Part shown: positions 29,038-40,300 of the stretch, piece by piece
How the letters are laid out: each line of letters begins with the position of its first letter
Numbering within the stretch: position 1 is the stretch's first letter
Assembly (NCBI GenBank): GCA_031385005.1
Contig: JANNBB010000026.1
Coordinates: forward strand, 151,478 to 215,477
From: Bacteroidota bacterium
Lineage (GTDB): Bacteria; Bacteroidota; Bacteroidia; AKYH767-A; 2013-40CM-41-45
Direction of reading: 5' to 3'
Length of the DNA: 64,000 nt
Made by a program: the position numbers and the translations under genes
The notes under the pieces: model-generated
Databases searched by the model: none
What the model saw: only the letters and a program-made list of their open reading frames with translations
What the model was told of the DNA's origin: nothing

Positions 29038-31770
29038 ATGAAAAAATATTTTAATATTCTATCTCTTGTTTTCTTTATTACCGTAGCGAAAACAAATGCT
29101 CAGAAGCCCGAAGCTGCGGCTCCTGTAAAAGTAACTTCTGTAGAAGGTATAACAGAATATAAGCTCAATAATGGCTTACGTGTATTACTTTTTCCGGATC
29201 CTTCAAAAGCTACCATTACTGTCAATGTAACTTACCTGGTAGGATCGCGCATGGAAGGTTATGGCGAAACCGGTATGGCTCATTTACTTGAGCACATGGT
29301 CTTCAAAGGCTCTACCAAGCATCCGAACATCCCACAAGAACTTACTTCGCATGGGGCAGGTCCAAATGGTTCTACGTGGTATGACAGAACAAATTATTTT
29401 GAGACAGTATCTGCAACGGATGAGAATCTAAATTGGGCACTTGATTTAGAAAGTGACCGCATGGTCAATTCATTTATTAAGAATGAAGATTTACAGACAG
29501 AGTTTTCTGTTGTTAGAAATGAATTCGAAGCAGGAGAAAATGACCCTTCCGGTGTTTTGATGGAGCGCATTTATTCAACTGCATATCTCTGGCACAATTA
29601 CGGAAAATCAACAATTGGTTCTAAAGAAGATATTGAAAAAGTACCCATCGATAACCTGAAAGCTTTTTATAAAAAATATTATCAACCGGACATGGCAGTG
29701 TTAACGGTTGCCGGAAAAATCGACGAACAAAAAACACTGGCACTTGTCAATAAATATTTCGGGGCTATTCCAAAGCCAACGCGTAAAATTCAGGAACCCT
29801 ATACAGTTGAGCCCGCACAGGACGGAGAAAGAAGTGTAACACTTCGCCGTGTAGGTGATGTTCAGGTAGCAGCTTGCGGTTATCATATCTGTGCCGGTTC
29901 TCATCCGGATTATGCAGCTACTGATGTGTTGCAGGAAATTCTTACCAACACACCATCCGGACGACTTTATAAAGCGCTCGTTGAAAGTAAAAAGGCATCT
30001 TCTATTTATGGATTTTCGCTTCCATCAAAAGACCCGGGATACATGTATTTTGGAGTTGAAGTTCCGAAAGATAAATCGCTTGATGACGTACAAAAAACCA
30101 TGTTCGATTTACTCGACAACATGAAGAACAATCCTGCTACGGCAGAAGAAACACAACGAGCAAAAGACAACATATTGAAATACTACAATATGATGTATAA
30201 CAACAGCGATAATATCGGCACATTATTAAGTGAGTTTATTGCGCAAGGCGACTGGAGATTGTTATTTAAATACCGCGACAACATTGAAAATGTAAAACCA
30301 GAAGATGTAACCCGTGTGATGGCAACGTACTACAAACCCTCCAATCGTACAAGTGGAGTATTTATTCCTGAAAAAAATCCGGATCGCGTAATCATTCCAA
30401 CGGCTCCTGATTTGGCAACTGCTATGAAAGACTTCAAAGGAAAAGAAGCACTTGCATCAGCAGAAGCTTTCGATCCATCTCCGGCAAACATCGATGCACG
30501 CACTGTGCGTGGCACAATCCCCGGAGGAACAAGCTATGCACTGTTACCAAAGACTACTCGTGGTGGAGCAGTAAAAATGAAAATCACTTTGAATATCGGC
30601 TCTGAAAATTCGCTGAAGAATAAAGGCGAGATCATTGGGCTTACCGCTTCCATGTTAATGAATGGAACCAAAAGCAAAACAAGAGAACAAATCAACGATG
30701 AATTGGCTAAACTGAAAACACAAATTGATATTTTTGCGGATGGACAAAAAGTTGTACTCAGTCTTGAGTCTACGAAAGAAAATATGAAAGCCGCCCTTGA
30801 TCTTTCACGTCAAATTCTTCGTGAACCATCGTTCCCTGTAAACGAATTTGATAAACTCAAACAGAAAAGACTCACAGACATTGATCAGCAGAAGAGCGAA
30901 CCACAAGCAATTGCAGGAACTGTTTTCGCCAAAATGTCTACCAATTACGACCCTTCAGACTTTCGTTACGCAACTTCTTTCGATGAACAAACGGCAGAAG
31001 TAAATAAAGTAACGCTCGATGCAGTCAAGAAGTTTTATTCAGATTTCTATAACAGTGAAAAAGCAACAGTTGTTATCATTGGAGATTTTGATAAAACGCA
31101 GGTATTAACAGACTTGACAAGTATGTTACAAAACTGGACATCTCCTGAGAAATACACGTTTGCTTCAACAAAATTCTATGATGCTCCTGTGAAAAAAGAA
31201 AAAATTAATACCCCTGATAAAACAAATGCCATGTTAGTTGCCGGCTGCAACCTGGAACTGGCAGATATAAACCCTGACTTCCCAGCTTTGATAATGGGTA
31301 ACTTTGTTTTAGGAGGCGGATTTTTGAATTCACGATTAGCGACTCGCATTCGTCAAAAAGAGGGAATCAGTTACGGTGTCGGATCGTATATTCGTCCGGG
31401 CGATTTTGATTCCAACGGAAATTTCGGCGCTTATGCAATTTACAATCCGGAAAACTCTCAAAAACTTGTTGCTGCATTCAACGAAGAGATTGCCCGAATT
31501 CTTAAAGACGGTCTCACTGATCAAGAGCTTGCAGATGCAAAATCAGGATTTTTACAGACACGCAGCAGGTATCGTTCACAAGACGACTATCTCCTCGACA
31601 AACTATCTAAATATTTAGTAATTAACAGAACTTTCAAATGGGATGCTGATCAGGAAAAAGTTATCGAAGGATTGACAACTGCACAAATTAATACAACTTT
31701 AAAGAAATGGATAAAGCCTGAAAAAATTATAATGGTTGAGGCGGGTGATTTTGAATCGAAGAAAAATTAA
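29038..31770 (+). CDS. M16 (pitrilysin/insulinase) family zinc peptidase, two-module type
   Basis: 910 aa with a signal peptide. HLLEHMVFKGS is the inverted zinc-binding HxxEH motif. Two M16 domain pairs are present. Confidence 0.85.
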   Translation: MKKYFNILSLVFFITVAKTNAQKPEAAAPVKVTSVEGITEYKLNNGLRVLLFPDPSKATITVNVTYLVGSRMEGYGETGMAHLLEHMVFKGSTKHPNIPQELTSHGAGPNGSTWYDRTNYFETVSATDENLNWALDLESDRMVNSFIKNEDLQTEFSVVRNEFEAGENDPSGVLMERIYSTAYLWHNYGKSTIGSKEDIEKVPIDNLKAFYKKYYQPDMAVLTVAGKIDEQKTLALVNKYFGAIPKPTRKIQEPYTVEPAQDGERSVTLRRVGDVQVAACGYHICAGSHPDYAATDVLQEILTNTPSGRLYKALVESKKASSIYGFSLPSKDPGYMYFGVEVPKDKSLDDVQKTMFDLLDNMKNNPATAEETQRAKDNILKYYNMMYNNSDNIGTLLSEFIAQGDWRLLFKYRDNIENVKPEDVTRVMATYYKPSNRTSGVFIPEKNPDRVIIPTAPDLATAMKDFKGKEALASAEAFDPSPANIDARTVRGTIPGGTSYALLPKTTRGGAVKMKITLNIGSENSLKNKGEIIGLTASMLMNGTKSKTREQINDELAKLKTQIDIFADGQKVVLSLESTKENMKAALDLSRQILREPSFPVNEFDKLKQKRLTDIDQQKSEPQAIAGTVFAKMSTNYDPSDFRYATSFDEQTAEVNKVTLDAVKKFYSDFYNSEKATVVIIGDFDKTQVLTDLTSMLQNWTSPEKYTFASTKFYDAPVKKEKINTPDKTNAMLVAGCNLELADINPDFPALIMGNFVLGGGFLNSRLATRIRQKEGISYGVGSYIRPGDFDSNGNFGAYAIYNPENSQKLVAAFNEEIARILKDGLTDQELADAKSGFLQTRSRYRSQDDYLLDKLSKYLVINRTFKWDADQEKVIEGLTTAQINTTLKKWIKPEKIIMVEAGDFESKKN

Positions 31771-31828
31771 TTCGTTGATTCGTTGATTCGTTAATTAGCT
31801 AATGGGCTAATTAACGAATCAACGAATT
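31771..31828. terminator. Long inverted repeat, bidirectional terminator between the convergent M16 peptidase and sucD genes
   Basis: ttcgttgattcgttgattcgttaattagc-taatgg-gctaattaacgaatcaacgaatt followed by AAAAAAATTT. The left arm carries a tandem duplication of cgttgatt. Confidence 0.65.
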
Positions 31829-31836
31829 AAAAAAAT

Positions 31837-32721
31837 TTAAGCGACAACTTTTACACCGATTACTTTTGCCATAGTTACTCCAATTACAGCAGGAGATTCA
31901 ACTACATGTATTCCGCATTCTCGCATGATTTTCATTTTTGCTGCGGCAGTATCGTCGGCACCTCCGACAATTGCGCCGGCATGACCCATTCTGCGACCGG
32001 CAGGAGCAGTTTGACCGGCAATGAAACCTACAACTGGCTTTCGTGAATTTTCTTTAATCCATCGAGCGGCTTCTGCTTCCAGACTTCCACCGATTTCGCC
32101 AATCATTACAATTCCATCCGTATCTTTATCATTCATAAAAAGTTCAACAGCTTCTTTTGTAGTGGTTCCGATTATTGGGTCACCTCCTATTCCAATGGCT
32201 GTTGAAATACCGAGTCCGGCTTTTACAACCTGATCGGCAGCTTCATAAGTAAGAGTTCCGGATTTAGAGACGATTCCGATGCGCCCTTTTTTAAACACGA
32301 ACCCCGGCATGATACCAACTTTACATTCACCGGCAGTAATGATTCCCGGGCAATTTGGTCCGATGAGTCGAGCCGAACGTGAAGAAAGATAGTTTTTAAC
32401 GACAATCATATCCTTTACAGGAATTCCTTCAGTGATAGTAACAATAAGACGTATTCCGGCATCGGCGGCTTCCATAATAGCATCTGCGGCAAAAGCCGGA
32501 GGAACAAAGATTATGGAAACATCTGCTCCGGTTTGCTTGACGGCATCACTAACGGTATTGAAGACAGGACGGTCGAGGTGAGTGGTGCCACCTTTACCAG
32601 GAGTTACACCACCGGCAACTAGGGTTCCGTATTCGATCATTTGCTGGGCATGAAATGTTCCTTCACTGCCTGTGAAACCCTGAACGATGATTTTGCTTTG
32701 TTTGTTGACGAGTATGCTCAT
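31837..32721 (-). CDS. sucD: Succinate--CoA ligase subunit alpha
   Basis: [33 protein letters not shown]... plus the CoA-binding and ligase domains, 294 aa. It is encoded ~13 kb away from sucC. Confidence 0.9.
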   Translation of the reverse strand: MSILVNKQSKIIVQGFTGSEGTFHAQQMIEYGTLVAGGVTPGKGGTTHLDRPVFNTVSDAVKQTGADVSIIFVPPAFAADAIMEAADAGIRLIVTITEGIPVKDMIVVKNYLSSRSARLIGPNCPGIITAGECKVGIMPGFVFKKGRIGIVSKSGTLTYEAADQVVKAGLGISTAIGIGGDPIIGTTTKEAVELFMNDKDTDGIVMIGEIGGSLEAEAARWIKENSRKPVVGFIAGQTAPAGRRMGHAGAIVGGADDTAAAKMKIMRECGIHVVESPAVIGVTMAKVIGVKVVA

Positions 32722-32884
32722 GCTGATAACTTTTATGATTGCTTTTAAGTGTTCAAAAATGCGGATTTCTTTGTAAGAAGTTCGAGTAAGATGGATTATT
32801 ATCTAACAATTCAAACAAAGTAATTCAACTTCGCATGCGAAAATAGATATTTTAACAATAATTCATACAAATCTATCCAAACAG

Positions 32885-34312
32885 TTGAATCTTAGTCCTA
32901 TTTTTACCGCTGTGAGGACATTTAATAACGACGATACGATAGTTGCCCTGGCAACAGGAGGCGGAATTGCGGCTATTGCAGTAATCCGGCTGAGTGGAAA
33001 AGAATCATTTACTGTTGCCCAAAAGATTTTTTTTCCGGCAAAAGGGAAGAAGAAACCCATAGCAGACTATAAAACCCATACACTTCACTTTGGCTCCATA
33101 AAGGAAAACGACAGGTTAATTGACGAAGTTTTATTGTCAGTGATGAAAGGTCCGCACAGTTTTACGGGAGAAGATACGATTGAAATTTCCTGTCACGGAT
33201 CAACCTATGTTCAGCAGAAAATATTGGAGCTTTGTTTGGCCAATGGAGCACGGCTGGCAGATCCGGGAGAGTTTACGATGCGTGCTTTTCTGAATGGGAA
33301 GATGGACCTGACACAGGCAGAGGCAGTAGCAGATCTGATTGCTTCTGATTCGTCGGGTGCACACAGCTTGGCGATGAAACAAATGCGCGGAGGATTTTCA
33401 GAAGAGATAAAAAAATTAAGAAACGAACTCATTCACTTTGCCAGCTTGATAGAATTGGAACTCGACTTTGCAGAAGAAGATGTTGAATTTGCCAACAGAG
33501 GACATTTGCGTGAAACGATTGATAATATATTAAGAGTTATTGAAAAGCTGGTGCGCTCGTTTGAATTTGGCAATGTTATACGAAAAGGAATTCCGGTTGT
33601 GATAGCAGGCAGACCTAATGCAGGTAAATCAACACTACTGAATGCCTTGCTGAATGAGAACAGAGCCATTGTAAGTGAGACAGAAGGAACAACGCGAGAT
33701 ACGATTGAGGAAGAAATTACACTCGAAGGAGTCAAATTCCGCTTCATCGATACGGCCGGACTGAGAGAGACACATGATGCGATTGAGAAAATAGGTGTGT
33801 CAAAGACTTTTGAGAAGATGAATGAGAGTCCGGTTATACTATACATTTTCGATGTAATAGGAACAACAGGCAATCAATTGTATGCAGAACTTGAAAAACT
33901 AAAGAGCAACGTAACACCCGGCGTTCGAATAATTCCGGTTGGAAATAAAATCGATGCAGTTAGTATTTACAATGTTGAGCAGGCATATAGTATGATTAAG
34001 AATCCTATTTTCATTTCCGCCAGAGACAAAACCAATATAGACCAGCTTCGAAATCTTCTTTTATCGCTTTACTCGCATGGGAAAATCGAAGCCAATAATT
34101 CCATCGTTACCAGCGCAAGACATGTGGATGCATTGAAACATACGGCTGAATGCCTGCAGCGTGTATACAACGGACTTTTAGGAAATCTCACTAACGATTT
34201 CATTGCCGCCGACCTCCGTCATGCAATGAATTACCTCGGTGAAATTACCGGGGAAATATCTACGGATGATTTGTTGGAGAATATTTTTTCGAAGTTTTGT
34301 ATTGGAAAGTGA
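32885..34312 (+). CDS. mnmE: tRNA modification GTPase MnmE (TrmE)
   Basis: N-terminal DTIVALATGGGIAAIAVIRLSG; G-domain GRPNAGKSTLLNAL...DTAG; C-terminal CIGK. The ORF as drawn begins with TTG, and an in-frame GTG at 32915 is an alternative start. Confidence 0.9.
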   Translation: MNLSPIFTAVRTFNNDDTIVALATGGGIAAIAVIRLSGKESFTVAQKIFFPAKGKKKPIADYKTHTLHFGSIKENDRLIDEVLLSVMKGPHSFTGEDTIEISCHGSTYVQQKILELCLANGARLADPGEFTMRAFLNGKMDLTQAEAVADLIASDSSGAHSLAMKQMRGGFSEEIKKLRNELIHFASLIELELDFAEEDVEFANRGHLRETIDNILRVIEKLVRSFEFGNVIRKGIPVVIAGRPNAGKSTLLNALLNENRAIVSETEGTTRDTIEEEITLEGVKFRFIDTAGLRETHDAIEKIGVSKTFEKMNESPVILYIFDVIGTTGNQLYAELEKLKSNVTPGVRIIPVGNKIDAVSIYNVEQAYSMIKNPIFISARDKTNIDQLRNLLLSLYSHGKIEANNSIVTSARHVDALKHTAECLQRVYNGLLGNLTNDFIAADLRHAMNYLGEITGEISTDDLLENIFSKFCIGK

Positions 34313-34335
34313 TTCTATTTAAAATATAAATTACT

Positions 34336-34361
34336 ACTCCGCTTTTGTGCGGAGTTTTTTT
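34336..34361 (+). terminator. Rho-independent terminator after mnmE
   Basis: ctccgc-ttttgt-gcggag followed by TTTTTTTT. Confidence 0.75.
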
Positions 34362-34423
34362 TGTGTGTTAGTTTTTCGCATATAATGGGTTTTTATTGAG
34401 AGGATTTTATTGAATTTTTGTAC

Positions 34424-35060
34424 TTCGGCGGGCTCTACTTCGGCGGGCTCAGTAGGCGGGGCTTCGGCAAGCTCAGCGAACGGTGGTTATGAAAAGTTCT
34501 GTGGGCTTCGAATCCAACTGTGGCAGAGCTTGTTCCAACTCTGGCTGAGCTTGTTCCAACTGTGCTGAGCTTGATACAACTGTGGCTGAGCTTGATACAA
34601 CTGTGGCTGAGCTTGTCGAAGCCACGGTTGTAGCAAGCTCAACTGCCAGTTATCTCCACACAAAATAATTTCTAAAAACTTAACTCTTTTTAAAATGACA
34701 ACTAGACCAGAGAATAAGAAATTGGAATCTGAAATTAATTTGGATGATGAATTGAAATGGGGGGTTGATGATGGGGTGGATTGGTGGTTACAAACGTCGG
34801 CTTCGGCAAGCTCAGCCGCCGTTTGTAGGGAAACGGGCTGCTCATCTAACGTTTGTAGGGAAACGGCAAGCTCAGCCAACGTTTGTAGGGAATCGGGTTG
34901 CTCAGCCGACGTTTGTAGGGAGGAATGGGAGCAGCCTTTGGCTGACAACGAAGGGATAAAACCCACGTTGGCTGAGCCCTCGATAGCTGAAACTGTGTCG
35001 GCTGAACCCGTGTTGGCGAAGCCCTCGTTGGCTTCGACCAGCTCAGCCGATGAGGGCTCC
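34424..35060. repeat. Nest of at least four short tandem-repeat families sharing a GCTCAGC/GCTGAGC core
   Basis: Visible directly: (cttcggcgggctc)x3 at 34424..34480; a 22-nt unit ctggctgagcttgttccaactg x~5 at 34520..34620; a 30-nt unit gctcagccaacgtttgtagggaaacggcaa x5 at 34801..34950; a degenerate 15-nt unit ttggctgagccctcg x~5 at 34960..35060. Confidence 0.9.
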
Positions 35061-35105
35061 TTTCCGGAAATCGACATCAACTCTATCCCCTACTCCTATG
35101 GCTAC

Positions 35106-35378
35106 ATGTACATTTTAGAATGTGCCGATGGTAGTTTTTATACAGGCAGTACCAAATATATAAAGCGCCGATTGGCGCAGCATCAAAGTGGAGAAGGCGC
35201 AAATCATACGAGTAAATTTTTGCCTGGGAAATTAATTTATTATGAAAGTTTTGACAGAATTGATGATGCTTTTTACAGGGAAAAACAAGTGCAAGGATGG
35301 AGCCGCGCAAAGAAAATTGCATTAATAAAAAAAGACTTTGATCTGCTCAGATTACTTTCAAAAAACAGAATGAAATAA
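35106..35378 (+). CDS. GIY-YIG nuclease family small protein
   Basis: MYILECADGSFYTGSTKYIKRRLAQHQSGEGANHTSKFLPGKLIYYESFDRIDDAFYREKQVQGWSRAKKIALIKK matches the ~90-aa stand-alone GIY-YIG family. The ORF track extends it upstream to 34695 by translating repeat DNA. Confidence 0.6.
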   Translation: MYILECADGSFYTGSTKYIKRRLAQHQSGEGANHTSKFLPGKLIYYESFDRIDDAFYREKQVQGWSRAKKIALIKKDFDLLRLLSKNRMK

Positions 35379-35594
35379 TTTTTATTAGCAGAACAGGGAA
35401 AAATTTTTACGGATTTTAACAGATATTGACATACTAATATTTCTTGCGAAAACGAAATCCAATTTCTGTATCATCTTGAATAAAATATAATCTAAAAATT
35501 TGTTACGTCTGAAACGAAAAGCTTTTTCATCCAAACCATAAATTTAAAATATGGATTCGTTTCAATTGACTGATCTTAATCAGAAAAATAATTT

Positions 35595-37166
35595 CTAAGG
35601 TCTCGAAACAGCAATCTGCAATCGTGAATTATTTTCTACAAGAATGTAATCCGAATTCTCAATTAAATGATCGCCGTTAAGATCCTCCTTTAAATATCCG
35701 GTTGTAAACAATCTTGTTTTTGATTCGACCGAATTAAAATCAGAAATATTAAAAACTCCGTCTTGATTGATATCACCATTGTATAATGAGAAAGTTCCAT
35801 CGCCGGTAGCATAAAGTTGGTTTCCATAAGCTTTACCGATAGCATCAGTGAAAGAATAGCTAACCGACAAACTATTGAACAATACCGGTGATGTACTCCA
35901 CACCTCCAACGCACTTCGATGACGAACAACAAGGTAATAACTACCCAAAAAAATTGTAGGTGAAAAAACAAAGTTACCATATCCATTCACGTCTATTGTT
36001 CCCTTTACGCTTTGAACAAGTGCATGTTGTCCGGTGGTCGCATGAAGTTCCAAAGTAATCGAATCACATAACGTTGGATAATTGACTCCATTGATGACTG
36101 CCTGCATTACGCCCGTACTTTTATAATAACCTTGAATAAATACACGCAGATTTACTGTTACCGGAGATGTATTTCCACAAGTACCCGGAGCATTAAAAGG
36201 GGAGAACCATCTGACACAATCTTGTCTGTAGGCAGCCAGCTCTGTCAACTCCACATCCCGGCAAAGCCAGGCACTTACATGAGTACTATCGGAACATTTG
36301 GACATGATGGTAAATCCTTCAATGTTTTGGTTTCCTGTCGGATTAGAAACATAATACTCATTGTTCACAGTAAATTTCCGATCGCCACCTGTTACAATTG
36401 AGGAAGTAAGATTGGTGACTTCAATAAAATTACCCAAAGTATTGTGCAGTATATATAACAAACCGGTTGTCCTGTCAAATGAAAGTTCGCAACTTTCGCT
36501 TTTATTTGTTTTATATTTTCCAACATAAGCGAAATCGTTACTCAAGTTTGGATTGACATCGAATACCCATATATAGCCCTGATTCTGATGGGCGATAAAA
36601 AACAACCCTCCCAGCCCTTTAACTGAAGTATAAGGCAAACCGGAGGCCTGACTAATAAAACCAATGGCGGATAAAAAACTATCCGGCACGAAAGTTATTC
36701 CTTCCGGGCCAGTGTTTCCGGTGTTTGTCATGGGCGAGGGTGAAGCAACAATGTTCCATGATTTCGAAAGAGTGAGTGAAGAAAAATCAGCCGGATGTGT
36801 GTATTTTCTTATTTGATAATTGTCTTCATCGATTGTATAATATTCGTTAGCGCTTAAATTTACTTGTGTTATTCCTTCCGGACCTGCGGTATAAGATCGA
36901 TTAGCGATTTGAGCAAATGTATTCGTAGTAGTGTTTAACTGAAGGACACGTAATCCTCCATTACCATTTGAAACGTATAATCGCTTGGTAACTTCATTCC
37001 AAAATAGTCCGCTGATGTCTGTTAATCCGACGGGATCCATTACCGGAGTCAAGTTGACACCTGAAGTCCACGGAATGGAAGGCCATGCAGTTTGTGCTTG
37101 CACTTTAATGGTATATTGACAAAAGATACCAACAATAAATACTAGATATAATCTTTTCAATTGCAT
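35595..37166 (-). CDS. Secreted protein (523 aa): N-terminal beta-propeller/phytase-like region plus the shared non-canonical C-terminal module
   Basis: Signal peptide MQLKRLYLVFIVGIFCQYTIKVQAQ. Repeated GPEGIT motifs in the N-terminal part. The last ~188 aa (VNLRVFIQGYY...DINQDGVFNISDFNSVE...DLNGDHLIENSDYILVENNSRLQIAVSRP) are paralogous to the C-termini of both giants. The gene is divergent from the 5044-aa gene. Confidence 0.7.
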   Translation of the reverse strand: MQLKRLYLVFIVGIFCQYTIKVQAQTAWPSIPWTSGVNLTPVMDPVGLTDISGLFWNEVTKRLYVSNGNGGLRVLQLNTTTNTFAQIANRSYTAGPEGITQVNLSANEYYTIDEDNYQIRKYTHPADFSSLTLSKSWNIVASPSPMTNTGNTGPEGITFVPDSFLSAIGFISQASGLPYTSVKGLGGLFFIAHQNQGYIWVFDVNPNLSNDFAYVGKYKTNKSESCELSFDRTTGLLYILHNTLGNFIEVTNLTSSIVTGGDRKFTVNNEYYVSNPTGNQNIEGFTIMSKCSDSTHVSAWLCRDVELTELAAYRQDCVRWFSPFNAPGTCGNTSPVTVNLRVFIQGYYKSTGVMQAVINGVNYPTLCDSITLELHATTGQHALVQSVKGTIDVNGYGNFVFSPTIFLGSYYLVVRHRSALEVWSTSPVLFNSLSVSYSFTDAIGKAYGNQLYATGDGTFSLYNGDINQDGVFNISDFNSVESKTRLFTTGYLKEDLNGDHLIENSDYILVENNSRLQIAVSRP

Positions 37167-37394
37167 TTAAAATCAAACAAATTACTATTTCAAAAATTAG
37201 GGCGATGATTTTTATTAGTTTTTTTTAAAAGTGTGAATTTAACAATAATTTTAATTTCAGATTCTAATTTTAAGCTAATTGAATGATGGATATTTATAGT
37301 CCTAATCTGAACAAAAAAACAGGAAACTTGAAAATCGGCAATATCCATACAATTTCGTACCTTCAAATTCAGAAAAAGGTAAAATAAAAAGATT

Positions 37395-40300
37395 GTGTAT
37401 AGAAGATTTGACTTAAACATTACGAGCATTTTTATTTGGCAAATGTTTCTATTTGCTTTAATAAACGGTGCTTATGCTCAATCATCTTCCAACTATTCAT
37501 TCTCCACAAATAACAATGGATATCTAACAAGAGATTTATATTCGGATACGATTAACTTGAGCACAGGAGCTACACAACTAATCGGACCGGGCACGGATAG
37601 TGACATTTCTGATGAAACAACTATTGGTTTTGATTATTATTTTATGGGCACGAATATCAAAACATTTTCCTGCAATGAAAACGGAATAATTGAATTAGGC
37701 GCCCATACAATACCGGCTGATCTTTCGAAACCATCAACCTCGGCTATTCCAAATCTACTCGCACCGTTTGGTCAAAATCTACAAACAGGAATAGATGGCG
37801 AGGTTCGCTGTAAGTTATTCGGCACTTCACCCAACAGAGTTTTTGTAATTGAATATTTTAATATGATGATCAGCTTTGCCGGTGTTAATAATGCATTAGC
37901 AGGAGCAGCAACTTTTCAAGTACGTCTTTATGAAACAACAGGAATTTTGGAATACGTCTATGGACAGATGGCAACAAATAATAGCGTGCAAAATCTTATT
38001 CCTGTTGAAACAGGATGGATAGTCAATACTACTCCCAATAATTTTTTCGCTATAGACAGTTTATACAATACATCAACTATTGGAAATTGGCCAACATTTA
38101 TTGTCCCTCAGGGTTCAATTGTCAATCACCTAAATTCCATCTCTGAAGGGTCCAGAAGAATTTACCGATTTACTCCACCTCAGACGGCAGTTGTTGCGCC
38201 CACAGGATTATCTTTCTCGTCTGTGGCAGCGACTACAATGACAATAAACTGGACAGACAGCTCAACCAATGAGACGAATTTTAATATTTTAATTTCTTCC
38301 AATAATACCAATTTTTCCAAAATAAGCACCCTAAATTCATTCTCGACAGGAACGATAGGAACCGGATACAATTATACTGTAAAAGGCCTTTCTCCGAATA
38401 CAACTTATTATTTTCGCATTGCAGCAAATACTGAAGCGATTTCGTCTCCTTTGCTTGCCGGAACACGAGCGACCACAATACCAAAAGCTTATCATTGGAT
38501 AGGTACCGGAAATACTTTTTTCGAAGATCCTGCCAAGTGGAATCCAAATAGATTTACACCTGATCCAACAGACTCACTTTATTTTGATAATGGATTAAGT
38601 TCTACAATTAATTATGTTATTTCACAAAGCGTTTCGAAAATTGTAGTCAGTAATAATACACTCTTGAGAATGAATTCAGATGGAGGTGATACATTACTCA
38701 TAAGTGCAAAAATACCCAATGCATTTTTAATAGCCACCGGATCTTCAATTATCAATACAGCTCTTTTTCCTAATACCGTGACAATTTCATTTACAAACGG
38801 TAACGGCGCCACTGCAAGTATTTCCGGAACTCTTGAATTAGGAAAAGATAATAGCTACAATACAACTAATTGCATTACTTCAGTAAGTGGAACAATTGCT
38901 AATGCCGGAAATGTTTACGGTGCAACGAGAACCAATCTTATTTTTTTATCGACTGGTGTTTATAATCACAAATACAATGTTTCACCCGGAGTTGTTCCAA
39001 CAGCAACATGGAATATTGGCTCGCTTTGTTTAATAAGCGGATATACTGCCAATCCAAATATTTTGACAAGCTTGTCCGGACAACAATTTTACAACCTCAC
39101 CTGGGATTGTCCTGCACAACAGGTCTATGTAAATTTAGGAGGATTTTTTCCGGCCTCAGTTAATGGAACTTTTAAAATGGCAAATGGTTTACTACGACTT
39201 CAAACAAATGCTTCACCAACCTTAGTATTAAACAATTTCATTCAGACAGGAGGATCCTTCGATCTTAACAATGGAGGAGGAAGCTGCACGATGAAAGTGT
39301 CCGGTACATTCAATCAATCAGGCGGAATATTTGCTCCTTCTGCCGGGGGAGGATTGCCCATTCTCGAATTCAACGGAACAAGCGGTGTGCAACAAGTTAA
39401 CTTTTTCAACTCCGCTCCTACCGGTTCTTTGATTTATAAAATATCAAATCCAAACGGCATTAACCTGACAGGTACAGGAACACTTACAACCTATTTCAAT
39501 ATCAACATTAACTGTGGAGTCCGAATAGCAACAGTTGCAACTACTCCGATTAATACTTTCTTAAAATTAACTTACAATACTACTTCCACTACATTAACCT
39601 ATGAAGCACCTTCGGACATGACAATGACACCGACAGAATTTCCATTGGTAAGTGGTCCGGGAAATGTCTCAATCAATATGCCTGGAAGTGTCGCAAATAT
39701 GCCCTTCTCACGAGTAATTCCGGGCTCCTTGATAATGAGCGGAGGTGATATAAATTTAGGTGCAAACTCAATTACCCTTGGAACTTCATCAACTTTACCG
39801 GGAAACTTAAGTTGGGCTTCCGGCAATATTCGTGTTACGTCCGGTTCAATGACACGCTGGTTCAACACAACAGGATTACCAACTCAACCCGGATCACAAA
39901 TCGGGTTCTTCCCAATTGCGAATGGACTTGACAATCGTAATGTTTCTATTTATGGAACTTCACAGTTCATTACCGGTGGCTCCATTACTGTTTCGCATTC
40001 AAATGTTCCGGGAATTACAACAGGAATTTCCATTTCAGACCTGGGTTATATTATCCAGAGAAGAACAAATTCCTCCTGGACATTTGTAAATCGTGGAATA
40101 GTTAGCAATTTAAACTCTATTGGAATAAGAGTTACAGGAGCCAATCTGTTAAGCAGCAATTCACCGACACAACTTCGGTTAACACAAGCAAATTCGGTAA
40201 TCGGAGTAACTGCAAATGGAAGTGGCACAGCTCCTAATTTAAGAGCAGAAAGAATAAATATTCATTCGAATCAGTTATCTACAACATTATTTATTGGCGC

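Noticed and set aside
34801-34950. Five direct 30-bp repeats that superficially resemble a CRISPR array
   Set aside because: The units are contiguous with no spacers, and no cas genes are nearby. It is a minisatellite, not a CRISPR.
34487-35105. Long overlapping ORFs on both strands across the repeat nest (197 aa minus, and the 5' 137 codons of the 227-aa plus ORF)
   Set aside because: Their translations are pure low-complexity repeat products (SLQT.., VCRETGCS..). Only the C-terminal 91 aa of the plus ORF (the GIY-YIG domain) look like a real protein.
37167-37394. Bacteroidetes-type sigma-A promoter elements (TTG / TAnnTTTG) in the divergent intergenic region between the 523-aa gene and the 5044-aa gene
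   Set aside because: Several partial matches exist in this AT-rich DNA, but none has convincing spacing. They are not reportable without TSS data.
37190-37429. A 79-aa minus-strand ORF in the same intergenic region
   Set aside because: It is AT-rich translation (K/N/F/L-rich), overlaps the start of the giant gene and has no supporting features. It is likely non-coding.
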